Of a DNA stretch of 64,000 bases, positions 23,836-36,535 are shown piece by piece. The stretch covers positions 13,206,001 through 13,270,000 of the forward strand of contig NW_027266273.1 in NCBI RefSeq assembly GCF_022045235.1, given 5' to 3'. The position numbers and the translations under genes are program-made. Each line of letters starts with the position of its first letter. Position 1 is the first letter of the stretch. This stretch comes from Haliotis cracherodii. Taxonomy: Eukaryota. The notes below the pieces were generated by a model. The model searched no databases and was not told where the DNA came from. It saw only the letters and a list, made by a program, of their open reading frames with translations.

Positions 23836-26204
23836 GTTAAAGGTAGGACATTAGGGGTGCACTCAACCGTATAATTTGTGACTTTAAGATGACTACGGTT
23901 AGGGAGGACACTACAAGAGTTCATGTGTGTTCATTCACATTTCCTGGCTCACATCGTGTTGAGAACTAAACGCTGTTTGGGTGCTTATTAAATTGTTCTT
24001 GTAATGACGGCATTGCGTTTTTATATCGGATTACTCAGAGCGGAATTATCCATGGGACCAGGACATAGGGGGGAATACCGAATAAGGAGATGTCAGGTAT
24101 GACAGAGTTCTAAATTACATTATGACTGACCTTGTGTTTGTATACTCACCGCAAAAGGAAACGCGAATACCTTACGTGGTGGTTAATATATGAAGACTTA
24201 CTCATATTCAATAGACATTATTTTGTTTCGATGCACAAAAGAACAAACTGTTATGTTGTGTGAATCGATGCTCATGAACGCATCACATTTGACGTCATGG
24301 ATCCATGAGATGCACCATTTGTCTCGTGCACGATGAACGTGCAAAGTTTGGAAATCAGCTGCAGCATACTGTTACAAGAATAGAGACACTCTGTGGTAAC
24401 AGTCGACTGACTTAGTTTTTTCATTAATTGGTACAAATTGGAAACATCTTTTCTTAACGTACATGTTTTAAATGTTTCTATGGTTTCGCGTTTCGTTTGG
24501 AGGTGAATATATTATCGATCAGGCAGACTCTAACTTATGTGTACTGTCATAGCGACTGATTTACGACATCCATTGTCTGAAGACAATTTGATTGCAAAGG
24601 CTCATTACCCTGGAGCCATGACATCTATTTATTAGATGCTAATCCTATTTGTTAATCCCCATTTTTGTGTACATCGACCGTCTGCCATCCTGAACAGGAT
24701 GTGCAAGTATGAGGTTGAAGATGAATATGATTTTTTATTAATTTGCTGTATATATAATGAAATAAGAAAAGAATGTATGAAACGACAATAGTATGTACAT
24801 CAAAATAAATATAATTTTTCTCATATCAAGTAAACAAACAAGATTACTCGAGACTTTTCATTGCCCATATACCAAGCAACGTTATTATAAAGTCATCATT
24901 ACAAACTATGCAACTGCTTCTGTATTCTATACACTATGTACTATGGGCCTGTGACCTTAAAGTATTGCTGAAATACATAAATGGTAATGTAGGCCTAAAA
25001 CTTTTCAGATCGTCAGATTTGACTAAGGCGTCAAATTTGGAAAGTTAATGTCCTTCACATGTCTCCCATAAAAAAAGATTGTAAAAGCCTCACTAAAGTC
25101 TTGAAAGTCACGATTTAACAACTTTTAAGCAAGAGTCGTGTTAAGCCTCAAGTGACACGTGCCTACTCCGAGGATTTCCAAGTATTGTTTGGATGTTACT
25201 TTTTTCAATCCGCTGTTCTGCGGTCTATATAATGTCTTTTCATAGCAAATATGCGCAATGTAAAATATAATCGTTACAACATTGCAATATTTGGATACGG
25301 TTTGTCGGTTAAGAGTAAGTACAACATCGCCACATCACGAGACAACTAAAGTGCATCTTATCATATCAATATTCAAAATGGCACAGTTAATAAAATGTTT
25401 GCATTATCGATTGATGGAGGGATGTTAGAACTCATCAAACAAAACTAAATTCTCTGTCAACATTGACACTGTTTTTATGATATCGTAAACAGAAGACTAT
25501 TGTGGCTCAATAAAATTTCGATAACGCATGATGCCAAGTTTACATAATATAATATCTTATAATACCCGTGTACAAAACGGGCAAATCCCTCAGGCAAAGA
25601 AACCTTTTCAGGTGCCGTTATCGATATTGATCGACACTGTGTCTCAAAATTCTACGTTCACACAACTATGGTGTAAGTTATAACTTGAAGAATTGTACAT
25701 TTATCTATTTTTTCCTGGTGTTTAATATTGCAGCGAAAAATTAAATGACATCTTTTACAATTTTTTGCATATAGGGGGTATGTTAACGCAATGTAAGCTA
25801 TCATTCTGGACAGAGAGGATATGTTAGCGCAATGTAAGCTCCTACATGTAAGATGTAAAACGGTAGTTTGCAAGTTTGGACCAGGTACAGTTATATTGTA
25901 GTTTAAAGAATGATTTAGGTTCTTACACAAAGTGTCATCATTTAAATAAATAATGAAATTCATCTCCAGTTAATTGAGAATCACATAAAGTACTGTTCCC
26001 GTCGGATGTTAAGCCACATTCCAGTTTATACGGGGGATCTATGACAACTTGTCTAAAACAAAAGTTAGATTCGGATACATTTTCCAGAAGAAGTAACTAG
26101 TTTCGAAAGAAAATGTGTCGACCTTTATGACGTCATAATAAATACCTTCAGATTAACGTTGCGTTAGCAGCTACGGGTGGTTTGTTAGCGTGATGTAAAT
26201 GGTA

Positions 26205-26925
26205 CATTGCACACGGGTGATCTGTTAGCATTATGTACCGAGCTGTTACACTGCACACGGGTGATCTGTTAGCATAATGTTCCGAGCTGTTACTCTGCAC
26301 ACGGCTGATCTGTTAGCATAATGTACCGAGCTGTTACTCTGCACACGGGTGATCTGTTAGCATAATGTACCGAGCTGTTACACTGCACACGGGTGATCTG
26401 TTAGCATAATGTACCGAGCTGTTACTCTGCACACGGCTGATCTGTTAGCATAATGTACCGAGCTGTTACTCTGCACACAAGCGATCTGTTAGCATAATGT
26501 ACCGAGCTGTTACTCTGCACACAAGCGATCTGTTAGCATAATGTTCCGAGCTGTTACTCTGCACACGGCTGATCTGTTAGCATAATGTACCGAGCTGTTA
26601 CTCTGCACACAAGCGATCTGTTAGCATAATGTACCGAGCTGTTACTCTGCACACAAGCGATCTGTTAGCATAATGTTCCGAGCTGTTACTCTGCACACGG
26701 CTGATCTGTTAGCATAATGTACCGAGCTGTTACTCTGCACACAAGCGATCTGTTAGCATAATGTACCGAGCTGTTACTCTGCACACGGCTGATCTGTTAG
26801 CATAATGTACCGAGCTGTTACTCTGCACACGGCTGATCTGTTAGCATAATGTACCGAGCTGTTACTCTGCACACAAGCGATCTGTTAGCATAATGTACCA
26901 AGCTGTTACTCTGCACACGGGTTAT
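26205..26925. repeat. 44-bp minisatellite (~16 copies)
   Basis: Unit tgcacacggctgatctgttagcataatgtaccgagctgttactc. Confidence 0.95.
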
Positions 26926-27439
26926 CTGGTTACGTAATTTGCTAAGCTTTGTGTGATATGGGGACGTCTTGCTCTGCCTACACTTAAAAATGCTGATTTG
27001 TCCACGAGAACGTCTCTAGAGTGTACGTCGTTACACTGATCTTCTGTACAGTGAACACGTATTCATTGAACTCCCCTGTATTCTCCAGAACCCATGCGGC
27101 ATTATGAGGCACTTAAAGGTTAACAGTCACATTACCATCTCATACTACCTGGTACCCTTTTGATGTAGGGTTGACAGCCCTAGAAACTCTCAGGAGTCAA
27201 GCCTGACAAACAAAACCTTTGTGTTTATATAGACGTTCTCTACAGCAATCCTCCGGAATCCAGAGCTTCTCGAAAGGTTCCCGACTCACTGTGTTTATCT
27301 GTATACGGTGTTTAAATATTTTATTTTGTAAAACAATGGGCTTAGGTGAAATAAGGATTAGCGTCGCGTTTAAGATTACTTTATTTGCGTTAATTTTATG
27401 TTAAGATGGCTTAAATGAACAATAACAATTCTATTTATG

Positions 27440-28640
27440 TTCATTTAAGACATCTCCACATAAAATAAGTCAAGTCACAATTCAAATTAAATTTAACTTC
27501 CGCAAAATTCTGGCATCTTCAAGGAACTGTATGGGAGTCTTCCTTCCTTGCTGCAGCTGTTCTCTCTGGCGACCAAGGTGGGAGTCGACCTGTCTATAAA
27601 CTCTTTTACGTACTACTCCATGGTCGAGTTGGGCTCATTGTTCCGAGCTCTCTCTTCTCTTGTCTTAGACTTATAGATCAGTTCAAACACATTGGAGTGG
27701 GCCTTTGAAAGAGATCGGTTCAACTTGGAATGCCATTCCTCAAGATGGTTATTGGTCCTCGGTTCAATGTTGCCAGACTGGTTCCACGTCGTCGCTCTAA
27801 ATGATGAGCCATCATCGACCTATGTTGTTGTCACATAATCGGTAACCTCAGTTTCCCTGGGTAGATGATCTGGGCGTTCCTCTAAAATTTCAAACCATAC
27901 ATCTTGGTCAAGGGGCAAAAGTGGCAAACATGCTGATAGTCTTACAAGAGTCTTACATTCTTCGAGGGTACGGTGAGACCTGCAAGACCTAGTCATACAT
28001 AAGATGTACCATCCAGAAATAATGTGTCAGCAGCTTGCATCATGTTCAACATCTGATCTGAGGTGAAAACTAGACGTCATCAGCACTATCCTTCGTGATT
28101 ATGAAGGGAGTGTTCGCTGGAGTGGTTGTTGTCCGCTGTCCTGGGGGGTCTACTTCAGCCAGTTTTGTGGTTAATGTTGGCTGGGTCTTTCGTCTGTGTC
28201 TGTAGAAGCCGGCATCAATACTCTGAATTGGAGGAAGGGGTAATTGCTGTTTCTTCCTCTCTTACAGCATTTCCTCTCTGTGATTCTGATGCAATGGCAG
28301 AACTTCATCCCTGCTTCGTGTTCTGCGGGTACTCGTAAGACGAAAGACTGTTGTGTCTTCTATCTGGGGGTCAATATGAGCAGATACCCACTTGAGATGT
28401 TCACAGACTGTGCAGAAGCGTCCATTACAGTCAGGAAATACACATGTCAAATGTGTAGCACTCTGACCCCGAACATCCAGTCTATATGGAAAACCATCAT
28501 AACCCGCCCTTTGGCCACCAATCTGTGAAGATCTAAATTCTACTTTCTGCAGAAATGCCATGTTTCATATAGACTCGAAATGATCATCCCTTCTCGACTT
28601 CTACTTATATATTGCCAGGTGCCAGAAGCCATAGGTTATC
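27440..28640 (-). mobile_element. MULE/Mutator transposase remnant with FLYWCH-like N-terminus
   Basis: PRTNNHLEEWHSKLN...AHSNVFELI, VRLSACLPLLP, and GYDGFPYR...TC...DCNGRFCT. Confidence 0.72.
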
Positions 28641-28911
28641 AAATTCGATACGGTGGGTGATATGTTTACACTAGAAGCCAGTTCTCACTGCATGTTGTGA
28701 TACAAGATAGGTTGGTACGTATTCACATTTCTTTATATAATTTATTAAAGGTATTCAGTAAACATTCGATCATATGGAACAAAGAAAACTGATGTGTAGT
28801 ATAAACTGTAGGCAGAATGAGAGGTAACCGACACAGCACAGTAGCTACATCTTCTATGTAATCATGTAAGCTGCTACCCAGCACACATTGATCCATCTGT
28901 TAATGTTGTGG

Positions 28912-29142
28912 ACCCGTGAAGATCCAGGGTAGAATAGGTCTTCAGCAACCCATGCTTGCCGTAAAAGGTGACTATGCTTGTTGTAAAAGGCGACTAACTG
29001 GATCGGGTGGTCAGGGTCGCTGACTTGGTTGATGCATGTCATCGATCCCAGTTGCGTGGATCGATGCTCATGATATTAATCACTGGATTGTCTGGTCCAG
29101 ACTCGATTATTTACAGACCGCCGTCATATAGCTGGAATATTG
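28912..29142 (+). mobile_element. SINE-like family B
   Basis: Consensus match. Confidence 0.85.
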
Positions 29143-29280
29143 CATATTCCAAAATCGGTACGACAACAAGGGGGACAACGGGCACCAGTGTACAGAAGAT
29201 TCTTGTAACGACGTACATACAGTGTAGAGAAGCAATAACGACTGTCTGACAGTGCACCCTTATCATCGCCATGAGTGTTT

Positions 29281-29281
<1 letters not shown>

Positions 29282-29340
<59 letters not shown>

Positions 29341-29757
29341 TGCAATAATTGCAATAAGTGCATTTATAATAATTCCATTCACCAAGTGGATGCTCATAGT
29401 GCTACACTATTATTACCCCGGTCAATGGATCAGTATGCACTCGGTTTTCATTCTCAGCTCCCTGGGGAGTATACAACCCAAGCTGCCTGTGAGGTGCTAG
29501 AAGGTTAACAGCCACCGGGTACCCACTCACTGCTGGGTGAACAGAGGCACATTTCGAACAAAGTCACTTGCCTAAGGAGACACCACATGTGGTACATGTG
29601 CTTCAGTGTGGGGGCAGGACCGAAGCCCTAGAAACTCTCAGGAGTCAAGCTGCTTAACGTGGTCACTCATCAAGCTACTCTCCGAGGCCGACGATGCTTC
29701 ACTTCACCGGATTTGTGATCTGTGCGCTGTGCACAGGACCACGTGCCACCACTTGCT
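29282..29757 (-). mobile_element. SINE family E: 5S rRNA-like head, CORE domain, L2-like tail ending in (ATT)n
   Basis: Head GAAGTGAAGCATCGTCGG...AGTAGCTTGATGAGTGACC; CORE-like TCCTTAGGCAAGTGACTT...TGCCTCTGTTCACCCAGCAGTGAGTGGGTACC. Related fragments at 1740-1910 and 27065-27205. Confidence 0.65.
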
Positions 29758-29763
29758 GTTATA

Positions 29764-30350
29764 GTGAGTGAGTTGGGTTTCTCGACGTGTCAGCATAATG
29801 TGGGGAGGAAAGCCCGACCTGATGCATGTCGTGGATGTTTACCCACGAGAACGGGGTGAGGTGAGGTGAAATGGGGTTTAACGTCGCGTCCAAGATTATA
29901 TTACTTAAATAGCGACGTGCATGGACGTGTCTGTGAGGCTGCTTGTCCTAGTTCGGACTAAAGCCGATTTTATAGTGCTAGCCGACAGAAATACCATGCT
30001 ACAGTTTAACATAAACACCCCACTCAGACACAGTATACTGATTCCGAGCCGACCAGTCCTTGTTTTAGCCCCTTAATGCCGAACGCCAGGCAGGGTAACA
30101 ACAAGTACCATCTTTTAACGTCTTTGGTATGACCCGACCGGCGATCGAACCCCGGAACTTCCGCTCACCGAGCGGTCGCTCTACCACTAGACCACGGAGG
30201 CGGTCCACGAGAACGGGTATGGTGCTGACAAGCCGAGAAACATAATCAGCAAGAACAGGGATTCGAACCCAAGATCATATTTTTTTATACGCTTCTGGGA
30301 AGCTACTCTGCACTACAATTTGCGACGTCTTAGACGACTGGGACGTCCAT
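29764..30350 (-). mobile_element. Degenerate family C SINE interrupted by a Meta-domain SINE
   Basis: Family C tail at 29764-29855 and head at 30205-30350. Confidence 0.75.
29856..30204 (-). mobile_element. SINE family D (tRNA head with Meta-like domain)
   Basis: GGTCATACCAAAGACGTTAAAAGATGGTACTTGTTGTTACCCTGCCTGGCG core; 13-bp TSD ccacgagaacggg. Other copies at 43560-43730 and 56272-56640. Confidence 0.8.
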
Positions 30351-31851
30351 GACCCTAGATGTACAATAGCTATATATTATGTTAATTGCCTCCTGTGACA
30401 AATATGCCTTTTGCGTCGTGGAATACGCCAATCACAATTAATACACGTCCCATTGTGTGTGGAACTCCCGGGACTGTGGTTGTTGTTTGTCCTGGTAACA
30501 CACACACACACGTATACATATGAAGGATGTAACTATACCTATCAACAACCCCACGCCGTCATGCATCGGTGCGCCAAGACGCATTAAACAATAATGCTGT
30601 CCTATTGTGCTTTACGGATCAGAAGGTATTGACTGCCTATCTTCCTGGCTTACAGTGGCCCGTATTGCCTGTAGCTATGGCGATAAACACAGAAAAGGCA
30701 AGCGTTAGTATGTACACCTGAATCATATAACTGAATCGTAAGTTGATGCTCGTAATCATTTAAAATGCATCTCCTTTCAATGCAGATATAATGAACAACA
30801 GAGTTGTGTCTCATTGAGAAACAGATTTATGCCCCATTGAGCAGCGAAAAATGTCTCATTGAGATACTGATAAGTGAGAACAATGTTGGTTGGTTGGTTG
30901 GTTTGTTGGTTAACGCCGCACTCAGCAATATTCCGGCTTTACGACGGCAGTCTATGAATAATCGAGTCTGGACCAGACAATCCAGTGATTGATATCATGA
31001 GCATTAATCCTCGCAATGTAAGATCGATGACATGCCTCAACCAAGTCGAAAAATGTCTCATTGAGAAGTGAGAGCTGTCTCATTGATAAGTGAAAATGTT
31101 TCTCACTGATAAGTGAGACTGATATGTACTGAGATCTGTCTCATTGGAATATTGAGAACTGTGTCTCGTTGCTATACGGAGAACTAAGTCGCATTGACAT
31201 ACTGAGAAGTAAGAAATGTGTCTCATTGAGATACTGCCAACTGTATCTCAAGAAGATGATGTTCAAATACATCTGTGACCCCCGTGAAGACCCGGGTAAA
31301 GGATAGGTTTTCAGCAACCCATGCTTGTCTTAAGGGGTGTGAGTTGACTTGGTTGATGCATGTCACCGTATCTCAGTTGCGTAGACCGATGCTCATGATG
31401 TCAATCACTGGATTGTCTGGTTCAGACTCGATTACTTACAGACCAGCGTCGCATACATTTAGCTGGAATATTGCTGAGCGTGGTGTTAAAGATAAAGCAA
31501 ACAAACATTCCTGCTAGTGTTGAATTGCTCCGTTATTTTGCAAGAACTGACGGTGGTTAATTCTTCATTTTCTTGAACAAATATTTGAATTAATTTAAAT
31601 AACGACAGAGAACACATTCATCGCGGAAGGGCGACTTGAACTTTATAAATAAAGGTTACAAAGAGTTCTGCTTTATGTTTCAAATATTTCAACAAGAGAA
31701 CCTTTTGTCATGTGTAGATGGGGATTCGTTTAAAAAGGGGATTATCCTCGTAACTCTCCATTCCTTAAACATAATCGGCCTCGGCTACATTATTTTTAAG
31801 AAATGGCGAGTAGCTGGACATGTCCCCTACACAACAATTGTTCTTTTGGAT

Positions 31852-32380
31852 AATGAGAACCGTGTCTCATTGATCTACAGAGAAGTATCTCTCACTCAAA
31901 TACTGAGAACCGTGTCTCAGTGATCTACAGAGAAGTATCTCTCACTCAAATACTGAGAACCGTGTCTCAGTGATCTACAGAGAAGTATCTCTCACTCAAA
32001 TACTGAGAACCGTGTCTCAGTGATCTACAGAGAAGTATCTCTCACTCAAATACTGAGAACCGTGTCTCAGTGATCTACAGAGAAGTATCTCTCACTCAAA
32101 TACTGAGAACCGTGTCTCAGTGATCTACAGAGAAGTATCTCTCACTCAAATACTGAGAACCGTGTCTCATTGATCTACAGAGAAGAATCTCTCACACAAA
32201 TACTGAGAACCGTGTCTCAGTGAGATACTAAGAAGAATCTCTCACGCAAATACTAAGTGCCGTGTCTCACTGAGACACTTAGAAGACTTTCACTCAAATA
32301 CTGAAAACCGTGTCTCACTGAGATATTAGAAGAATTTCTCACTCAAATACTGAAAACCGCGTCTCATTGATCTACTGAGA
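31852..32380. repeat. 50-bp tandem repeat (dimer of 25-bp subunits, ~10 copies)
   Basis: tactgagaaccgtgtctcagtgatc followed by tacagagaagtatctctcactcaaa. Confidence 0.93.
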
Positions 32381-34284
32381 ATTGCCTCTTTGAAATATAC
32401 TGAACAAAAATGTCAGGGATCATGAATATTTTGGGAGACATGTTCATGAAATGGTGTGCTCATCGTCACTACAAACATATTCACCAAAGTAGTCATTATT
32501 CGCAATTTATTTTGTTCAGTATACAATACACAAATGGATTTCTAGAAAGGAGGGCTTAGAGTTCAGATATGTCCCGTTTTTGACCAAACCTCTTCTGAGA
32601 GATTGTCACCTACCGGCGTCGTCAAGGTTACGCATCATACGCGTGGCACCTTACCCCAGTGCCTTTGATGGCCCGGTCAATTATTCTATAGCTTAAATGT
32701 GTGTACACTTCACGTGCCTGATGATCTACTACCTGTTTAAGAAAACTAAATAAATTATACTCTTTGTTTTGTCAACTTTACACCAGCCTTTATTTATTGA
32801 CGCCTCGTTAGTTCCAACTTTATATAAAGGTCAAATATTTATTGACTCCTACATGGGTCATTAGCGTATTCTAGTGTGGAAGAGGACTGTTGACTGGCCC
32901 GAGGTCACGTCGATACCATTCTTCTGTTAGAATGATATCTATACTGTGTCTTCAACGTTACAAACAGGATCACTGGCGTTAAAGTCTCAGAGAAAACTCA
33001 ACTGACTACCGATGTGTGCGTCGTGTTCAGCCGTCAAGGTGGCAGGTTACAACACATTATTATTTTTTTAAGAAGACATCACTGTCTTGAAAGTTAGGGA
33101 TTCATGGACTGTTCTATGTTGTTCATGCGCAAAGCGAATCAAACAGCGTTAGCGTTGTTGAGGTTTGACTTTTAACCCACGCCATGTTTAATGTCCTTAT
33201 TATCATGTTCCGTGTTCAGTTCATGCTAAATTCGTGACATTTCAATCAGTACACACTGATATACATACAGCGGAATCAAATATATGGTTTAAAACATGAA
33301 ATGAAAAGTACGATGCCACTATTTAAAATCTAACCACAAAAAAGGTGGGTACGGCATAATCAAAGAATACCCTATACATATATCTCTGTGTCACAGACAA
33401 TGAAGTTAGCACCTACCTGTGCATGCGTGGCGCTGTCGCTGATGTCTGTGTCTTCAGGGCAAGGATGGAGATGCTGGTTTGTTTACTGTCGTCGCCTTAA
33501 GTTGCTTATCTCCATCGTTACCTCAGACAACCGTTCTGCATCCGCTGTTCTATTGACTCTCGTCGTCGGATTCAAAATCGATACTTATTTCCGAATACCC
33601 ATGGGATACATGTTAGAGTGTTGGTGACGGTAAACGATTTTGAAGATGATTGGTAAAGGGCTACGCTTCACCGAGCCTTGCTGGGTGGGAATACGTCAAT
33701 ACATAATTACTATTATTTGGAAATAGAAACCTGACATGGACGTATGGATTTAAAGGTTATTCTATCGCTTCCCAGCTTATATAAGGATAACACCATTTCC
33801 TTTTTATTTAGATTGGCACAGTTCATTTCATTGTTATCATCCGCTTTGTGTGGTCATTCAATATTCAACCATTTCAACCAGTTCTGAGACTTCATATGAG
33901 AGTTTATAATAGCACACACCGCCAGTTCAACAGCTCCATATAGCCCGGGGGAATCTAGCCGTATAGTATCTCTATACTAGTATATTTACAACACAGAACA
34001 ATATGTAACACAGGACTGCAGGGGACATCATAAAAGGATAACCACTCTACATCATATATATTAGTCCATCACATAGTCGGATGTAATACGTATATCTTCA
34101 GGGTAGAGCCAGTCTATAAGATAGTCATTAATTCTGTTTGTTTACCTTCTGAAGTCAGCTCAACTACAACGACAAACACGGGCTTTTCATGCTCTCCGGA
34201 GATGAGTTTCACACATTGTTTCCAGATTAAAGTGGTCAGCGAAATCTGTTAAATCAAAATCAGTGACCTCGAAACAATGGGAGA

Positions 34285-36535
34285 CTCTTAGCACTGCCCT
34301 GCCAACAAAGGCGTTCATCGATAACCGTCTAAGCACTATCCTACCAACTAGGACGTTCATCCTTTACCCTCTAAGCACTATCCTACCAACTAGGACGTTC
34401 ATCCATTACCCTCTTAGCACTATCCTGCCAACTAGGACGTCCATCCGTTACCCTCTTAGCACTATCCTACCAACTAGGACGTTCATCGATAACCGTCTTA
34501 GCACTATCCTACTAACAAGGACGTTCACCGGTTACCCTCTTAGCACTATCCCGCCAACAAGGACGTTCACCGGTTACCCTCTTAGCACTATCCCGCCAAC
34601 AAGGACGTTCACCGGTTACCCTCTTAGCACTATCCCGCCAACAAGGACGTTCACCGGTTACCCTCTTAGCACTATCCTACCAACAAGGGCGTTCTGCGAT
34701 TACCCTCTTTGCACAATCCTGTCCAAAGGACGTTCATCGGTTATCCTCTTAGCACTATCCTACTAGCAAGGGTGTTCTTCGGTTACCCCATTAGCACTAT
34801 CCTACTAACAAGGGCGTTCTTCGGTTACCCCATTAGCACTATCCTACTAACAAGGACTCTCACCGGTTGCCCTTTCAGCACAATCCTACAAACAAAGACA
34901 TACATTGGAAACTTTCTTAGCACAATCCTGTCAACAAGGACGTTCACAGGTTACCCTCTTAACACTATCCTACCAACAAGGGCGTTCACCGGTTACCCTC
35001 TTAGCACAATCCCACAACAATGAGGTCCATCGGTTACCCTCTTAGCACTATCCTACCAACAAGGATGTCTATCGGTTACCCTCTTAGCACTATCCTACCA
35101 ACAAGGACGTCCACAGGTTACCCTCTAAGCACTATCCTACCAACAAGGACGTTCATCGGTTACCCCCTTAGCACAATCCCACCAGCAAGGACGTTCACCG
35201 GTTACCCTCTAAGCACTATCCTATTAACAAGGACGTTCACCGGTTACCCTCTAAGCACTATCCTACCAACAAGGACGTTCATCCTTTACCCTCTAAGCAC
35301 TATCCCACAACAAGGACGTTCACCGGTTACCCTCTTAGCACAATCCCACAACAATGAGGTCCATCGGTTACCCTCTTAGCACTATCCTACCAACAAGGAT
35401 GTCTATCGGTTACCCTCTAAGCACTATCCTACCAATAAGGACGTCCACCGGTTACCCTCTAAGCACTATCCTACCAAGAACGTTCATCGGTTACCCTCTT
35501 AGCACAATCCCACCAACAAGGATGTTCACTGTTTACCCTCTTAGCACTATCCTACCAACAAGGACGTTCACCTACCAACAAGGACGTTCACCTACCAACA
35601 AGGACGTTCATTGGTTACCCTTTTTGTACTATCCTACCAACAAGGACGTTCATCGGTTACCCTCTTAGCACTACCCTACCAACAAGGACGTCCACAGGTT
35701 ACCCTCTTAGCACTATCCTACCAACAAAGACGTTCACCGTTGACCCTCTAAGCACTATCCTACCAACAAGGACGTTCTTCGGTTACCCTCTTAGCACTAT
35801 CCTACCAACAAGGACGTCCATCGGTTACCCTCTTAGCACAATCCTACCAACTTGGACGTTCACCGTTTACCCTCTAAGCACTATCCTACCAACAAGGACG
35901 TTCACCGTTTACCCTCTAAGCACTATCCTACCAACAAGGACGTTCACCGGTTACCCTCTTAGCACTATCCTACCAACAAGGACGTTTATCGGTTACCCTC
36001 TTAGCACTATCCTACTAACAAGGACGTCCACCGGTTACCCTCTAAGCACTATCCTACTAACAAGGACGTTCATCGGTTACCCTCTTAGCACTATCCTACC
36101 AACAAGGACGTTCACCGTTTACCCTCTAAGCACTATCCTACCAACAAGGACGTTAACCGGTTACCCTCTTAGCACTATCCTACCAACAAGGACGTTCTTC
36201 GGTTACCCTCTTAGCACTGTCCTACCAACAAAGACGTTCACCTACCAACAAGGACGTTCATCGGTTACCCTCTAAGCACTATCCTACCAACAAGGACGTC
36301 CACCGGTTACCCTCTTAGCACTATCCTACCAACAATGACGTTCATTGGTTACCCTCTTAGCACTCTCCTGCCAACAAGGACGTCCACCGGTTACCCTCTT
36401 AGCACTATCCTACCAACAAGGACGTTCACCTACCAACAAGGACGTTCATCGGTTACCCTTTTTGTACTATCCTACCAACAATGACGTGCATCGGTTATAC
36501 TCTCTTAGCACTATCCTACTACCAAGGACGTTTTA
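34285..36535. repeat. 42-bp minisatellite (~50 copies)
   Basis: Unit cttagcactatcctaccaacaaggacgttcaccggttaccct. Confidence 0.96.

Noticed and set aside
29252-29508. Poly-Ile and poly-Asn ORFs
   Set aside because: Translation of the (AAT)n SINE tail.
29661-29757. 5S rRNA gene
   Set aside because: Too diverged, partial, and fused to a SINE body.
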